A stretch of DNA of 61,629 nucleotides, the filler included, from Chiloscyllium plagiosum (lineage: Eukaryota), in the NCBI RefSeq assembly GCF_004010195.1. It is 5 parts of one record of this genome, joined end to end, with 100 filler letters (N's around TTAATTAATTAA, not from the genome) between each part and the next. Parts side by side here need not be neighbours in the genome. Positions count along the whole stretch, not along the records: positions 11,306 to 37,536 come from NC_057715.1; 4 more parts are not named here. One strand, 5' to 3'. Under the pieces are notes generated by a model that did not search any database, was not told where the DNA came from, and saw only the letters and a list, made by a program, of their open reading frames with translations. The translations under genes and the position numbers were made by a program. Positions 12,318 through 23,800 of the stretch are shown here, in pieces (position 1 is the stretch's first letter; each line of letters opens with the position of its first letter).

Positions 12318-13489
12318 ACTATTGGTTAGGAGCCAAGTGTCAGCCAAATGAGAGAACTCTCTTCCCTGAAGGATATTAGTAAACCAAATGGGTTTTTAAC
12401 ATAATTTAGTATCTTATAATTTTCTATAGAACGTTTTAAAAGTACAAAATAAATCTTGAGGTATTTCATAGAAACAGGGAAAATACATAGATGCACTAAA
12501 TGCTGGTACAGCCAGCAATGCCCACATTCCACAAGTGAATTTCGAGGCAAAATAAAGGTCCTTGAGACCTGATGGCTTGGGAGGATTTAAATATGGCAAA
12601 GACATTCTTTCAGTTTTAGATCTCAAGACCAGAAGCCAGTATAGATCAGCAAAAACGGATGGTGTCCTTGAGCTTTGATTTGGCATAGGATAAAGGCATC
12701 TGAGTTGGACGACATGAAGTTTATGGATGGGAAGCCATTAGAATAGTCAAAATTAGAGGTGACTAATGGATGGGGGTTCAGTTGACAGATGACTGAAGTT
12801 GGTTTTTGGGGTGCATACAGATAAAGCTACAGAAATGGAAGTATGCAGTCTGTGTGTTGGATGTGATTTGGGGTCACTAGCTCAACAAAAGTTGGAATAC
12901 AACACAGTTTGCAGATATTCTGGTTCAACTTAATTAAAGGAAGGGGAGTGGAAACTCTGAAGAATGTAAGCATTTTATATCAAAGTTCAACTGTTTCCAT
13001 TGTCTTCCTAATATTTAACTGCAGCTTGACGGCTGATCCAAAACAAATTACACAGCTTACATACAGTGGCCAACAGATTAGGAAAAGTGGTGCAGGTGAA
13101 TGTCATTGGCTTATGTTTAAATAGTGATGCTCTCTTGGTGAATGCTATTGTGGAAGAAGGTGTCAAGGATAAATTCTGGAATGAAGGTTCACAGTGGGTA
13201 GGAATACCAAAGGAGATTATGTTCCAGACAATAAAACAGTTGAGCTAAGCTACAGAATGCAGTAGAGTTATGGTAGGGGAATGCTATGATCAGTCAAGTC
13301 AATTGCTGTAGAATGACTGAGGAGAGAGAATATTGTTCATGACTGGAGACTCTAGTGAAAAGTATGGAGACGTGATTTGGTGTTTTTGATGGAAGAAGTG
13401 AGCATGAAAATGGGCAATAACAATAAGTGCTGGGGGTTGATGGACTGATGAGAGATTAGAGTGATTAAGTGTTGAGATGGTAACAGTCA

Positions 13490-14060
13490 GTCAGGAAGCA
13501 TCCGATGAGCAGGAGAATTGACGTTTCGGGCATAAGCCCTTCATCAGGAATGTGGGAGAGGGTGGGAAAGGGGGTTGAGCGATTAAATATGATGGGAGGT
13601 AGCTGGAAAGGCTATAGGTAGATGCGTGGAGGGGTGATGATGATAAATCAGAATGTAGGGTGGAACGGATAGGTGAGAAGAAAGATGGGCAGGTAGGACA
13701 GTTCAAGACAGCGATGCCAAGTTGGAAGGTTGTATCTGGAATGAGGTGGAGATGAGGAAACTGGGGAATTTGACATTGATGTTTTGTGGTTGTAAGGTCC
13801 CGAGGCAGAAGATGAAGTGTTCTTCCTCTAGGTATCAGATGGCTAGGATTTGGTGGTGGAGGAGGCCCTGGACTTGCATATCCTTGGTGGAGTGGGAGGG
13901 GTTGTTGAAGTTGTCAGCCACAGGGCAGTGGGGTTGTTTGGTGTGTGTGTGTCCCACAGATGTTTCCTGAAATGTTTCGCAAGTTGGTGTCCTGTATCCC
14001 CAGTGTAGAGGAGACCACGTCAAGAGCAATGGACACAGAAAGTGAGGTGTTTGGAGCATC
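13490..14060 (-). mobile_element. Penelope-like element 3' fragment (GIY-YIG region plus terminal repeat)
   Basis: Minus strand shows PHCPVADNFNNPSHSTKDMQVQGLLH and a hammerhead core CTGATGA-A-GGGCTTATGCCC-GAAAC-GTC at about 13517-13552. Confidence 0.75.
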
Positions 14061-15226
14061 AAGGAATTAGGTTCAATTCCACCCTTGGGCAGAATGGAGT
14101 TTGCACATTCTCCCTGTCTCTGTGTGGGTTTCTTCTGGTAGCTCCAATTTCTTGCTGCAGTCCAAAGATGTGCAGGTTAGGTAGATTGGCCATGGAGAAA
14201 AATATAGGGTGAGGAGGGGTTTGGTTGAGACATTCTTCAGAGGGTCGGTGTGAATTCGATAGGCCGATTAGGTTGCTTCCACGCTGTAGGGATTTTATGA
14301 TTCTAAGCAAATTTCTGTCCATACCAGTGATCAACCTAGTGAATCTTCCCTGGATTGCTTCCAATGCCAGTATATCTTTCCTTGGATAAGAGGTCCAAAA
14401 CTGTTCAGTATGCCAGCTGTGGTCTAACTAGTGCCTTGTATAATTTTAGCAAAACATCCAAACATTTATACTCCATTCCCTTTTGAAATAAAGGCAAATT
14501 TCCCATTTTGTCTGCACTATTACCCACTGAACTTGGATGCTTGCTTTTTGTAATTCACACTCTGGGATCCCAAGATCACTATTTGCTTCAGCTTTCTGTA
14601 GTCTTTCCCATTTAAATACCAGTCAACTCTTCTATTCTTCCTGCATAAGTACATTAATTGCATTGTGCCATTATGAAAATGATGTCTCATTTAAGATGGA
14701 TCCTCATTAAATACCATCCAAAAATTTACAAATACAATGAGATAATTTCAATTAGTTTTAATGGTCCAAATGGATAGTAAAACTCCAAAATTGCAGTAAC
14801 AATCTGTTCTAACAGTTTCCCTCAGTCTCTGTTTAAACTTCAGAAAGTGTCCTGTATCTTCTGGTTTCAGATCTCCGACTGATGAATGGCAGGACTGCCA
14901 ATAAAGTTACTACCACCTCAAAGCTGGGAGCTGCTAGAAATTAATTCTTGCTACTCCATAATGACTAGAGCAATCTATATACTGTGTGCAGGTGGTCATT
15001 GCAATGTTAAACAAATTCGCAATGTCTCAAACAATCTGGATAGATTTTTCGACTGAATTCTAAATTCACGACTTTCAGTTATGTTGATCAGTGAATTTAA
15101 TCCCTGGGAACTAACTTTAGGTTACAAATAGAATTTTAGTGAAGTTGTAACAAGAATCTTGTATGGGGAAGTAATCACACTTCTAGAAAAGTTAAATATT
15201 TACTCGTTCTGAATTGTTTCCTCAAG

Positions 15227-15383
15227 TTGTGAGGATGATATCAACACTCCAGGGAGCTCCCATTCTGTTGTGGACACTGCTATTCATGAAGAGGAGGAGG
15301 ATGAGGCAGAGGAGGAAGAAGGGACAGCGAAGAAAGACAAAGAACCTGAATCAAGTAAAAAATTGAAAGAAAGTAAAACTGAG
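15227..15383 (+). CDS. PPME1: PPME1 exon (acidic loop)
   Basis: ctcaag|T TGT GAG...ACT GAG|gtaagc. Encodes CEDDINTPGSSHSVVDTAIHEEEEDEAEEEEGTAKKDKEPESSKKLKESKTE, corresponding to the acidic CEG..EEEEEDEEG region of human PME-1. Phase-compatible with the next exon. Confidence 0.85.
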
Positions 15384-16216
15384 GTAAGCGATGAACTGTG
15401 GATTTTAAGTGTAAGCCATCTATTCAATTGCTTTATTGTTTGTTTTCGTGAAAATGTCTTTTGTTACGTTTTCAACCTAACTATATTCGTGTTCTTTAAG
15501 TTGTGTGCCTTTTCCTTTTTTTCTCTTTGAAATTAGAAGTGCCAAGTAATGTAACCAGCTCTTAAAAATCAAATGTTAAATTTAAGTCTGTTTTCAAAAT
15601 GTTTTAAAAATAAAGCTTTCTAAGTTAAGTGAATGTAGTAATTGATTTTATTGTTGGACTCTTTGTTTCTAGCAGTGTGGATGCTTATATGTGTTTTGTT
15701 CCTCTGTTTGTCTCTCTTCTAAATCCTCCTATTCAACCCTCTTCTGAAGACATTAATCCTTACTGGCTTCATTATTGCAGAGTAATCTAATGGCCATTGT
15801 ATTTCTCTGCATCATCAAAGCGGCTATCTGGTTTCCTCTCTGAAAATATATCAGCAGGGAATACAAATGATTTTTTAAACTGCTCATAGAAATAATATGT
15901 CACAGTGCAGCTAGAGGCCATTCAGCCCATTGTGCCTTGTGTCAAGGTATTCAATCATTCTCACAACACCTGTTCTTTCCCCATACTGTTATCATTCACC
16001 AAAGGTGGAATGTAGTATCATGATGTGCAACATCACAACACAACACTGCCTAAAAAAAAGCTAGCTTATTTTTCCAAAATAGTTTGCTTTGTATGTACAG
16101 TATCTGAGAATTCATTATTTTAGCTGTTACAGCATTGATGGATTATTTCTGTTTCTTCCTCTGTCTAGGCTGTTCTGCTATTAACTAATAAAGTTATTGT
16201 ATGTTTATTATTTCAG

Positions 16217-16328
16217 TACACATGGCGTGTTGAGTTGTCCAAAACTGAGAAGTACTGGGAGGGATGGTTTAAAGGGCTATCCAACCTCTTTCTCGGCTGT
16301 CCAGTCCCCAAACTATTATTACTAGCAG
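16217..16328 (+). CDS. PPME1: PPME1 exon
   Basis: tttcag|...|gtac. YTWRVELSKTEKYWEGWFKGLSNLFLGCPVPKLLLLA(G), near-identical to protein phosphatase methylesterase 1. Confidence 0.95.
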
Positions 16329-16448
16329 GTACAATTTCATCTTGGTCTACCTTTGTTCCTTTTTGAAAACTATTTTTATACGGTTTATTTTATACAGTCT
16401 ATTAAATAAATTCAATAAACCATAGCTATCTTTTTTTCTATTTTGCAG

Positions 16449-16493
16449 GTGTTGATAGATTAGATCGAGATCTTACAATTGGTCAAATGCAAG
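16449..16493 (+). CDS. PPME1: PPME1 exon
   Basis: ttttgcag|...|gtagt. 45 bp, encodes (G)VDRLDRDLTIGQMQ(G). Confidence 0.95.
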
Positions 16494-16890
16494 GTAGTAA
16501 TATTAACTTTTCATCTTTAATTTCAGCTGGTTGATGTTCTATAGCCTTAAAGTTTTAATATAAGTAACACGTGATTTTTAAATCTGTATTTATCATTAAT
16601 GTAAATTCCATATTAAAAACGCTTTGCTTTTTATGAAACTTGATGCATGGTATTTCCATCTCCACTTTTTGTTACTTTGATCCTGTGTAAATAGTTATCT
16701 CGCTGGTTCCATCATGAATAGTGCTGATTTGTAATTTTGATCAGTTAATAATTTGATCAAAATTTAGCCTTTGTCTGAAGGGGGCGGGGGGGGAGAGCAA
16801 CCGACGTTTGAGTCAATTTTTAAAAAAACTATTCTCAAATGACAACAAGGAATTCACTAATGTGATTATGATTCTCATTTATTTTATTAG

Positions 16891-16955
16891 GAAAATTTCA
16901 GATGCAAGTTCTTCCACAATGTGGCCATGCTGTACATGAAGATGCCCCAGACAAA
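16891..16955 (+). CDS. PPME1: PPME1 exon containing the catalytic His
   Basis: ttattag|...|gtaagt. Encodes (G)KFQMQVLPQCGHAVHEDAPDK. Confidence 0.95.
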
Positions 16956-17581
16956 GTAAGTCTCTGATTTTGTTATGGCATTCAAATTTTAACAAATTCT
17001 GAGCCTGAAAATTTGCAGACTTGGGTGAACTTAGTGACCAAGAAATGTCACCAAATCAGAGTGATAAGGAAGCATTTTATGACGTTGCTGATTTAAGCTG
17101 TATCACCTAAATTAATAAGTTGAGTTTTGTTTTAGCCGCCAGTAATTCTACATAAATAGTTTAGAATTGTAAAGTTTGCTAGAACCTTTTTTTTAATGAT
17201 TTGAATAACGAAAATGCATGTGATTTCCTCAAAACTTTTACCAAACTGGACATGACAGACCAAAACTGACAAAATCTATAAATGCCAGAAGCCTGTAATA
17301 AAAAACACTATTTTCACCTGTAAGAAGGAAGGCATTTTGGATGTAAGGCCTTCCCCAGAACTGACTTGCATCTGCTGTGCCTTTCCAGTATTTTATGCGT
17401 GTTATTTTTGTATGACTATCAAAATCCTTCTAGGCTTTCGGTTAAATTTGTTTAACTTACTTTGTCTTTAGAAGTTTAGAATCTGATGCAGTGGATGAAT
17501 ATGATTGTTATAACCAGAGCACAAATCTAAATTTTCTTTTGTATTCAATCAAAGTGTGTCATCTTCAATTTTTTTTTCTAG

Positions 17582-17649
17582 GTGGCAGAAGCTGTTGCAA
17601 CATTCATGATTCGTAATAAATTTACAGAAGCAAAGGGTGAAATCCAAAG
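17582..17649 (+). CDS. PPME1: PPME1 exon
   Basis: tttctag|...|gttagg. 68 bp, encodes VAEAVATFMIRNKFTEAKGEIQ(S). Confidence 0.93.
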
Positions 17650-18314
17650 GTTAGGTGTTTTATCTGTTTCTCATTGTACAAGATATTAGAACGATAGGTT
17701 TACAGTATGGAGCTAAACCATTCAAACCTGTATGGTATTTTTCTTAAGCCACCTAGATCAATCCTGCTTTCCATAACCGTATTAATTTCTATATTTCCAA
17801 AGAAGTTAATGACTTTTTCTTAAAAAATCAATATAAAGCATTTTAGCCTATTTTTCCTGATGGTTATTTTAATTTTGCCTGCATCTACCTCATCAAATTA
17901 CTTATTACCTTCCTTGAACATCTCTAGAAGGTCAACTTATATATTTTTTTCTACATTAGTATATTTAAAGGCTCTGTTGGAGACACTGAACAGGTCTCAA
18001 AGCTTATTCCATTAAGCCATACCCACCAGATCAAGGAAATAACAAGAATTATGTGCATGCATGCATACTAGGGAGCCTGACATCCCATCCCAGGACTGTC
18101 CCACAAATATCTGCTTTTTGGGTGCCATTGCCATGGAGGAGAGGAATGTCATGATTTAAATTCTCATGACCCCATAAGGGTTTGAGAATTGCATTTTGAA
18201 AAATCCTAATATAGGTGGTGTATGCTGATCAGATAAAATATTTGCCATTTGCTTATATCACTCTCAAAAAAACTTGAACAGTTCTCTATATATTTTATAT
18301 CTTTTTCTTTTCAG

Positions 18315-18333
18315 CACTTACCCCAATTTCTAA
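18315..18333 (+). CDS. PPME1: PPME1 terminal coding exon (STYPNF*)
   Basis: Strong pyrimidine tract ctttttcttttcag|C ACT TAC CCC AAT TTC TAA. Phase matches the previous exon and the tail has the same length as human CVFPGC*. Confidence 0.8.
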
Positions 18334-19033
18334 TAGATCCAACAGCCTTCAAACTCAGCTTCGACTGTATACGCATTCCAGACCACCGAGAAATATCCAC
18401 GTATCATCATCTGCCTAATCTGAGTAATACAGTGAAGCTGGAACGTCAGAACTCCAAAAGCCTATTTCACCCTGCTGTTAAATCTATATTCATTCATAGA
18501 AACTCTCATCGTTGGCACTACAGAATGACTGACTGAAAAGTGCAACCTGTTTCTGATTCAAATATTAAAACAATTAAAGGGGATTGCTTACTCAAAGTGT
18601 TTTTTTCTTGCACATGTTCTTCTATAGAACATGGAAATATGTTCATCAATTGTTTAGGAGTTGAGATGTTCTCTGGAACTTTGTTTGCAATACCAATAAT
18701 ATCTGTGGTTCAATTTGGGTCTGTTTTAGAAATGGGTTAGGTGTTCCTTGACATAAAAAAGAAAGTTTTAAAACAAAACAAGAGGAAAAGAGCACAAGTG
18801 TGCAGGGTAACCCAGAAGAAGAAGTCTAGTTGCTGGATTTGTCATCTCAAAATACAAACACTCCTAACTTTAGACATGTACTGACACAACCTAATTTACA
18901 CTGACTTCAAAGTGCGCTTCTGGGATCAAACTTTATTGGCCTTAACTATTGGCATAGAAATGATTTTGCACTTCTTTGTGAAAAGATAAAATGTTTTTAT
19001 TTTAAATGGGTTTGTAATCCAAATTGTTTATAA

Positions 19034-19039
19034 AATAAA
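19034..19039 (+). promoter_or_regulatory. Candidate PPME1 polyadenylation signal AATAAA
   Basis: AATAAA about 700 nt after the stop, in an AT-rich UTR-like region. Confidence 0.45.
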
Positions 19040-20734
19040 GATTAGTGTTTTGGACCATGTTACACTAGACTGCTGTTCTAAGACATTAGTTGATGAAAGA
19101 CATGGGTAGCAAGAACAATTATATTGCAGTCTGCTGCTAGCTGTGATGCACGTTCTTCCTTACCAGGAAAGATCTCTGAATGTGTGGTTATTCTATGATT
19201 GAGAAACTGCAGCAACCAGTTTCACATTAGACATATAGAATTGAGGTTTTTGTTTCTTGTCTAGAACATCCAGTAGACTTACTTGAGCACTGTTTAAATC
19301 AAGCTTCCTACTGAAGTGGACATATCTTTCACTTAATCTGAAGTTTAACTGGTGTGACAAAGCTTGATAGTGATCTGAAACTATTTAGTTTTAATGCGTA
19401 ACATTACTTAAATATGAAAATTGCTGGAAAACTGAAAAAGGCAAAATATTGCAGATGCTATAAATCTGTAATCCAAAAAGCAAGTGGTGGTAATACTCAG
19501 GTCAGGGAGAGAGAACATTTCAGGTCTGTGGTCTTTTGTGGAACTATGTATGAATGCAGTCTTTTAATATTTTGTTCTTCACTGTGACCACTTACTGTTG
19601 CACATCATGGCAATCAGTTTTTAAAAGTTGGAAGAGAAATTAAATGTATTGAGAGATTACAAAAACTGTCTGGGCTCCTTGTATATCTGAACAATTATGA
19701 CATGCAATATCTTTTATACAATGGTTGGAGTAAGGAGCAGTGAGACAACAAGGAATTGAGAGATGATTTTAAGCAGTGATTTTCTGCATCTTCCAAGCCT
19801 CCCCCAATCTTGATCAACCCTCCTACTTGAAGTATGCCTGCTCCCAAGTTGCAATCTGTATCTTTGGGAGTGTCTGGAGTACATCTCCAAACATATATCA
19901 AGCTCTTTGAATGTGCTAATCACAATCTTTGTGCCTATTTTGAGACCCTGCAAATGACCAGAAACTTGGTGATGCATGGACATTGCATGCTTGCGTTTTC
20001 AAGGTAAACTACAGCCTGACTAGCAGTCCTTATCATTCTGACAGTTCTTTATTTGGATTGACTGCAGGCCTTCAGTCCCTTATTCATGTAACCTTTATTT
20101 TTGAGGTACGTGCTCCCTTAACTGTCAGCAAAGAAGACGATGAGAGTAGAAACTGCTTTTTCCCCACCATTGGAGCACAATCTTTACAGCTGGGTGAAGA
20201 CATTTGACAAACCTTTAGTAAGTGCAGCCAGAAACTAATTAGCTCTCAAAGGCAGCCTATAAGAGCTGTTTCTCAAAAACGATTCCAGGATTTTCACCAT
20301 TACTATGGTCTCTGGAAGTTTATTCATTGTATTTTCTTCTGATGAAAGATACTTGACCTGAAACAATAAAACTTTCTTTTGCTCTCCTTCCCCCAGCATT
20401 TTTCTACTTAGCATTTTCTATTTTTTAAATTATTCTGAGATGTGAAACTTTCTGTCATGAATCTGTTCTTAGATTGGAAACAGACACTGAGAATATTGGA
20501 GAAACTCAGCAGGTCTGGTAGCATCTGAGGAGAAAGAAAAACAGAATTAATGTTTTGAGTCTGGTAAGACTGTTCAATATTTTAGTTTTAGTCATGGATT
20601 AGCCCTTTAGAATCATAGACAAAGAAATATTGAAAATAGAAACAGAAGTGAACTATCTGGCTCTTTGAGCCTATCCTGCCATTCAATATGATCATGGCAG
20701 ATCATCCAATTCAGTCCTCTTTATTAGCTGAAAC

Positions 20735-20825
20735 TAAAGAAGGGCTCGTGCCCGAAATGTCGATTCTCCTGTTCCCTGGATGTTGCCTGACCTGCTGCGC
20801 TTTTCCAGCAACACATTTTCAGCAG
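20735..20825 (+). mobile_element. Short Penelope-derived insertion with a decayed hammerhead motif
   Basis: 10-bp TSD TAGCTGAAAC (20725-20734 / 20826-20835). Contains AAGAAGGGCTCGTGCCCGAAATGTCG. Confidence 0.75.
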
Positions 20826-23800
20826 TAGCTGAAACGAAACCTCTTTGTATTCATAGAGTTTACTTTGAACTTATTTTACTTTTTGTATTCTGTTATCTTA
20901 CTTTCTAGAAGTTATGCTTTCAGTATTGTGCACGAAGAAAAATATGCTCCAAGTGTCTTTTCAGCTAAATGGTAGAGCAAAATAATACTTTTATGTTGAA
21001 AGAAAAGATGATATTTTAGAAAGGCAGATTTGACAGTCATTAAACAGGTTGCTCGGTGAGGAAGTGGCTAATTAAAAATTATAAAAGCAACCTTTTTTTT
21101 TCTAAAAATTTGAGAATTCACTGTGATGATGGGGAACTCTCCAGATACAATCAAAATACTGTGGATACTGGAAATCTAAATTTAGAACCAAAAATTCTGG
21201 ATGCACATAACATGTCAGGCCACATCTTTGGAGAGAGACACTATTCTGATAAAAGATCAACAAGCTGAAATATTAATTCTTTTTCTTCCACCATATATGC
21301 TGCTTGACCTGCAATTTTCAGGTCTGTCTCCAACTTAGACAGAGATTGTTTTGATTTAATTTACCAAATGAAACTGCCCTAGAAGATGTTTTTGCTTGAT
21401 TTTTACATTTTCTTTTGAAGCATTGCTATTGATTCTTGGAATGTTTGGGGTGTAGTTAGATTATTGTTGTAAAGTTGTGGATCCACTGGCAGATTTTGGG
21501 CTCAATCCTAATTTATTTTTTTCTATTAAATATCTGCTGGTTTAATTTACTGACTTGTCTTTCATTTGAACTTACAAGTCTACCTGATTAGTTCCTTCAT
21601 GTAAAAGGATGGTTCACTAATAATGGTGAGCAAAATTAAAATTCAAGTTGATACAAAGCTTGAAATTCCTCTAAAATGGTGAAATCACTTTGAAATGCAC
21701 CACTTAACAGCTACTCTCCTGTAAATCTAACCATCATCCCTTCCCAATGTAGACGGATGTCTGGTGTTATGTAAGTTAAGCTCTGTGGCCTGCTTATAAA
21801 GTATATGTAGAGTGGTTTTGTTTAAAGTTGTTCTTTTAAGTGTGGCTGCTAAAATCTGAATCCATTTCAGGAATTGCAATGACGTACAAATAGGTAAATA
21901 TCTACAGAGTAAAGTTGGATTTATATGTTAGTGTGTTGAAAAATGGAGTACAGAGGACCTATTTAACTACATAAACTATTTGATCTTGTATGCTTAATAT
22001 GCTGCTCCTTAAACTGTGTATGAACAGATTTGCTACCAGATTCTGGAGGGCAAGTAGGACATTAGTATTTAAAAGAGGTAGTAATTTCCATGATGTAAAA
22101 ATTGCACATTTATTTTGATCGTGGAAAGGCTCGATAAAATCTTAGGACTATTTTGAGAGAGGTCAAAGATCTTCCAAAGAAAGTTGAAGTAAGCTGAGTT
22201 TTACCTAAATCTGGGACATGTTGAGACTGCTTCTGTTGATTGGATGATGTTCAATACATGTTCCTCATTCTTGTTCCCAGTGTTGGGGGACATACTTCAT
22301 ATGCAATTAATTAAGATGGGGGATCTTAAAATTGATTGCAGTCGGCAGGCCATTTTTAAATGCAACCTGAGGCAGTCTTGAAAGCTGTTTCTGCCTCCTT
22401 ACCAGCTAGTGACCATGGCTGAGCAAGCCTTGAAGATTGTTTTCACCACTCAGGCAACAAATCCATATATTAGCATAGAATTTATGGTAAATTTGCGTAA
22501 TTCAAGTACATTTAGCTGGATGCTTAATATGTCTGAATCTGCGACTGTTTGTGTGTAACTAAATTTGGACATTAAAGCCACTATCACTTGAAGCAACATG
22601 TGGCCTTTATATGAAACTACTTTAAATTAGGATTTGCCAAGAAGGAAGTAAATAATAATATTGAAGTTTTGAAATAGAGCTGGATAGTTTACTTTTAATA
22701 ATGTTTTGATGAAAATTTCAAAGTTTCAGCCTTTGAAGCACTTGATTTGCATGTGTCTGATTCTGTTTCTGTTGGTATTTTTTATGAAGTATGACTGAGA
22801 TAGAAACACTTGAATGCAAAGAATCACTTGAATTTACTGCTCCTTAATGGTTTAAAACAAGCAGAGTGCTGAGCTATTAAAGCTCTAAGTTCACCACAGG
22901 ATTCAAAGTTACTAAGTTCAAAACTGCACACTGTGGAACAAACACTTGAGCATTACCAACTGAACGATGCATGATACTGATTAATTTCTAACTGAACCAA
23001 TCTGGCTTTAATAGTTTTTGCTTGCGAGTCCTCCTAGTTTCTTGCCATGCGATTACATTTCCATGAGTTTGAGGTAATTCAGAAGTTAAGATATGTTTTT
23101 TTAAGGAGGAAAAGTTTGACATCAAACATATTGGCTATAGTAACTTGAATTGTTCATCATATTCAATGACAATACAACAGCATGTTCAATAACTATGTCA
23201 TTGATTTGTAGTAAATAGCAAAATAAAAAAAAATTGTGGACTCTGCCAATTTGTTCACTTTGTCAAAGTTTATTTTAGTTTTATTTCTTGTGGGTAGAGA
23301 AAGAGTTGAAATATTTGAATTTCGTTTTGTTTGTGTTATTTTTGACCACTAGGTGGAGTTTAATCTCATTTAAATCTGAGGGAAATTGGTAGGGTTTTTT
23401 TAAAAGAAATATTAGCAAGGACTGTCTGCAGCTCAGTTGAAGAACCAAATGTAATGGTATATACAGAGGTGGAAGAATCTGTCACAGCAATTGAAAATAA
23501 AGTATTTAGCAGATTTTTATTACAGATGGGGGTAATAGTTTGTGCCTTTGTGACCTGTAGGCTTGACCCTTGGCTCTGAGGTAATTCAAACTTTGCTGTG
23601 TCCTAAATCTTATGCACCCATCACCATTCTCCTTACAGATGCTCCTGTTAAATAATGCATTGATTTTAAAATGTTCTTATTCCCATTTTCAAATCCTCCC
23701 GGCCTCTGTAATCCCCTTCTGACTTACAATACGTGGGGATATTATCGCTCCTTTCATTTTGGCCCCTTGAGCATCACCAAGCTCTGGAATCCCATCCCAA

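Noticed and set aside
12095..12379. Recurrent peptide MCCWKSAAGQAASREQENRRFGHKPFFRN in several ORFs
   Set aside because: It is the antisense translation of the Penelope terminal repeat, not a gene family.
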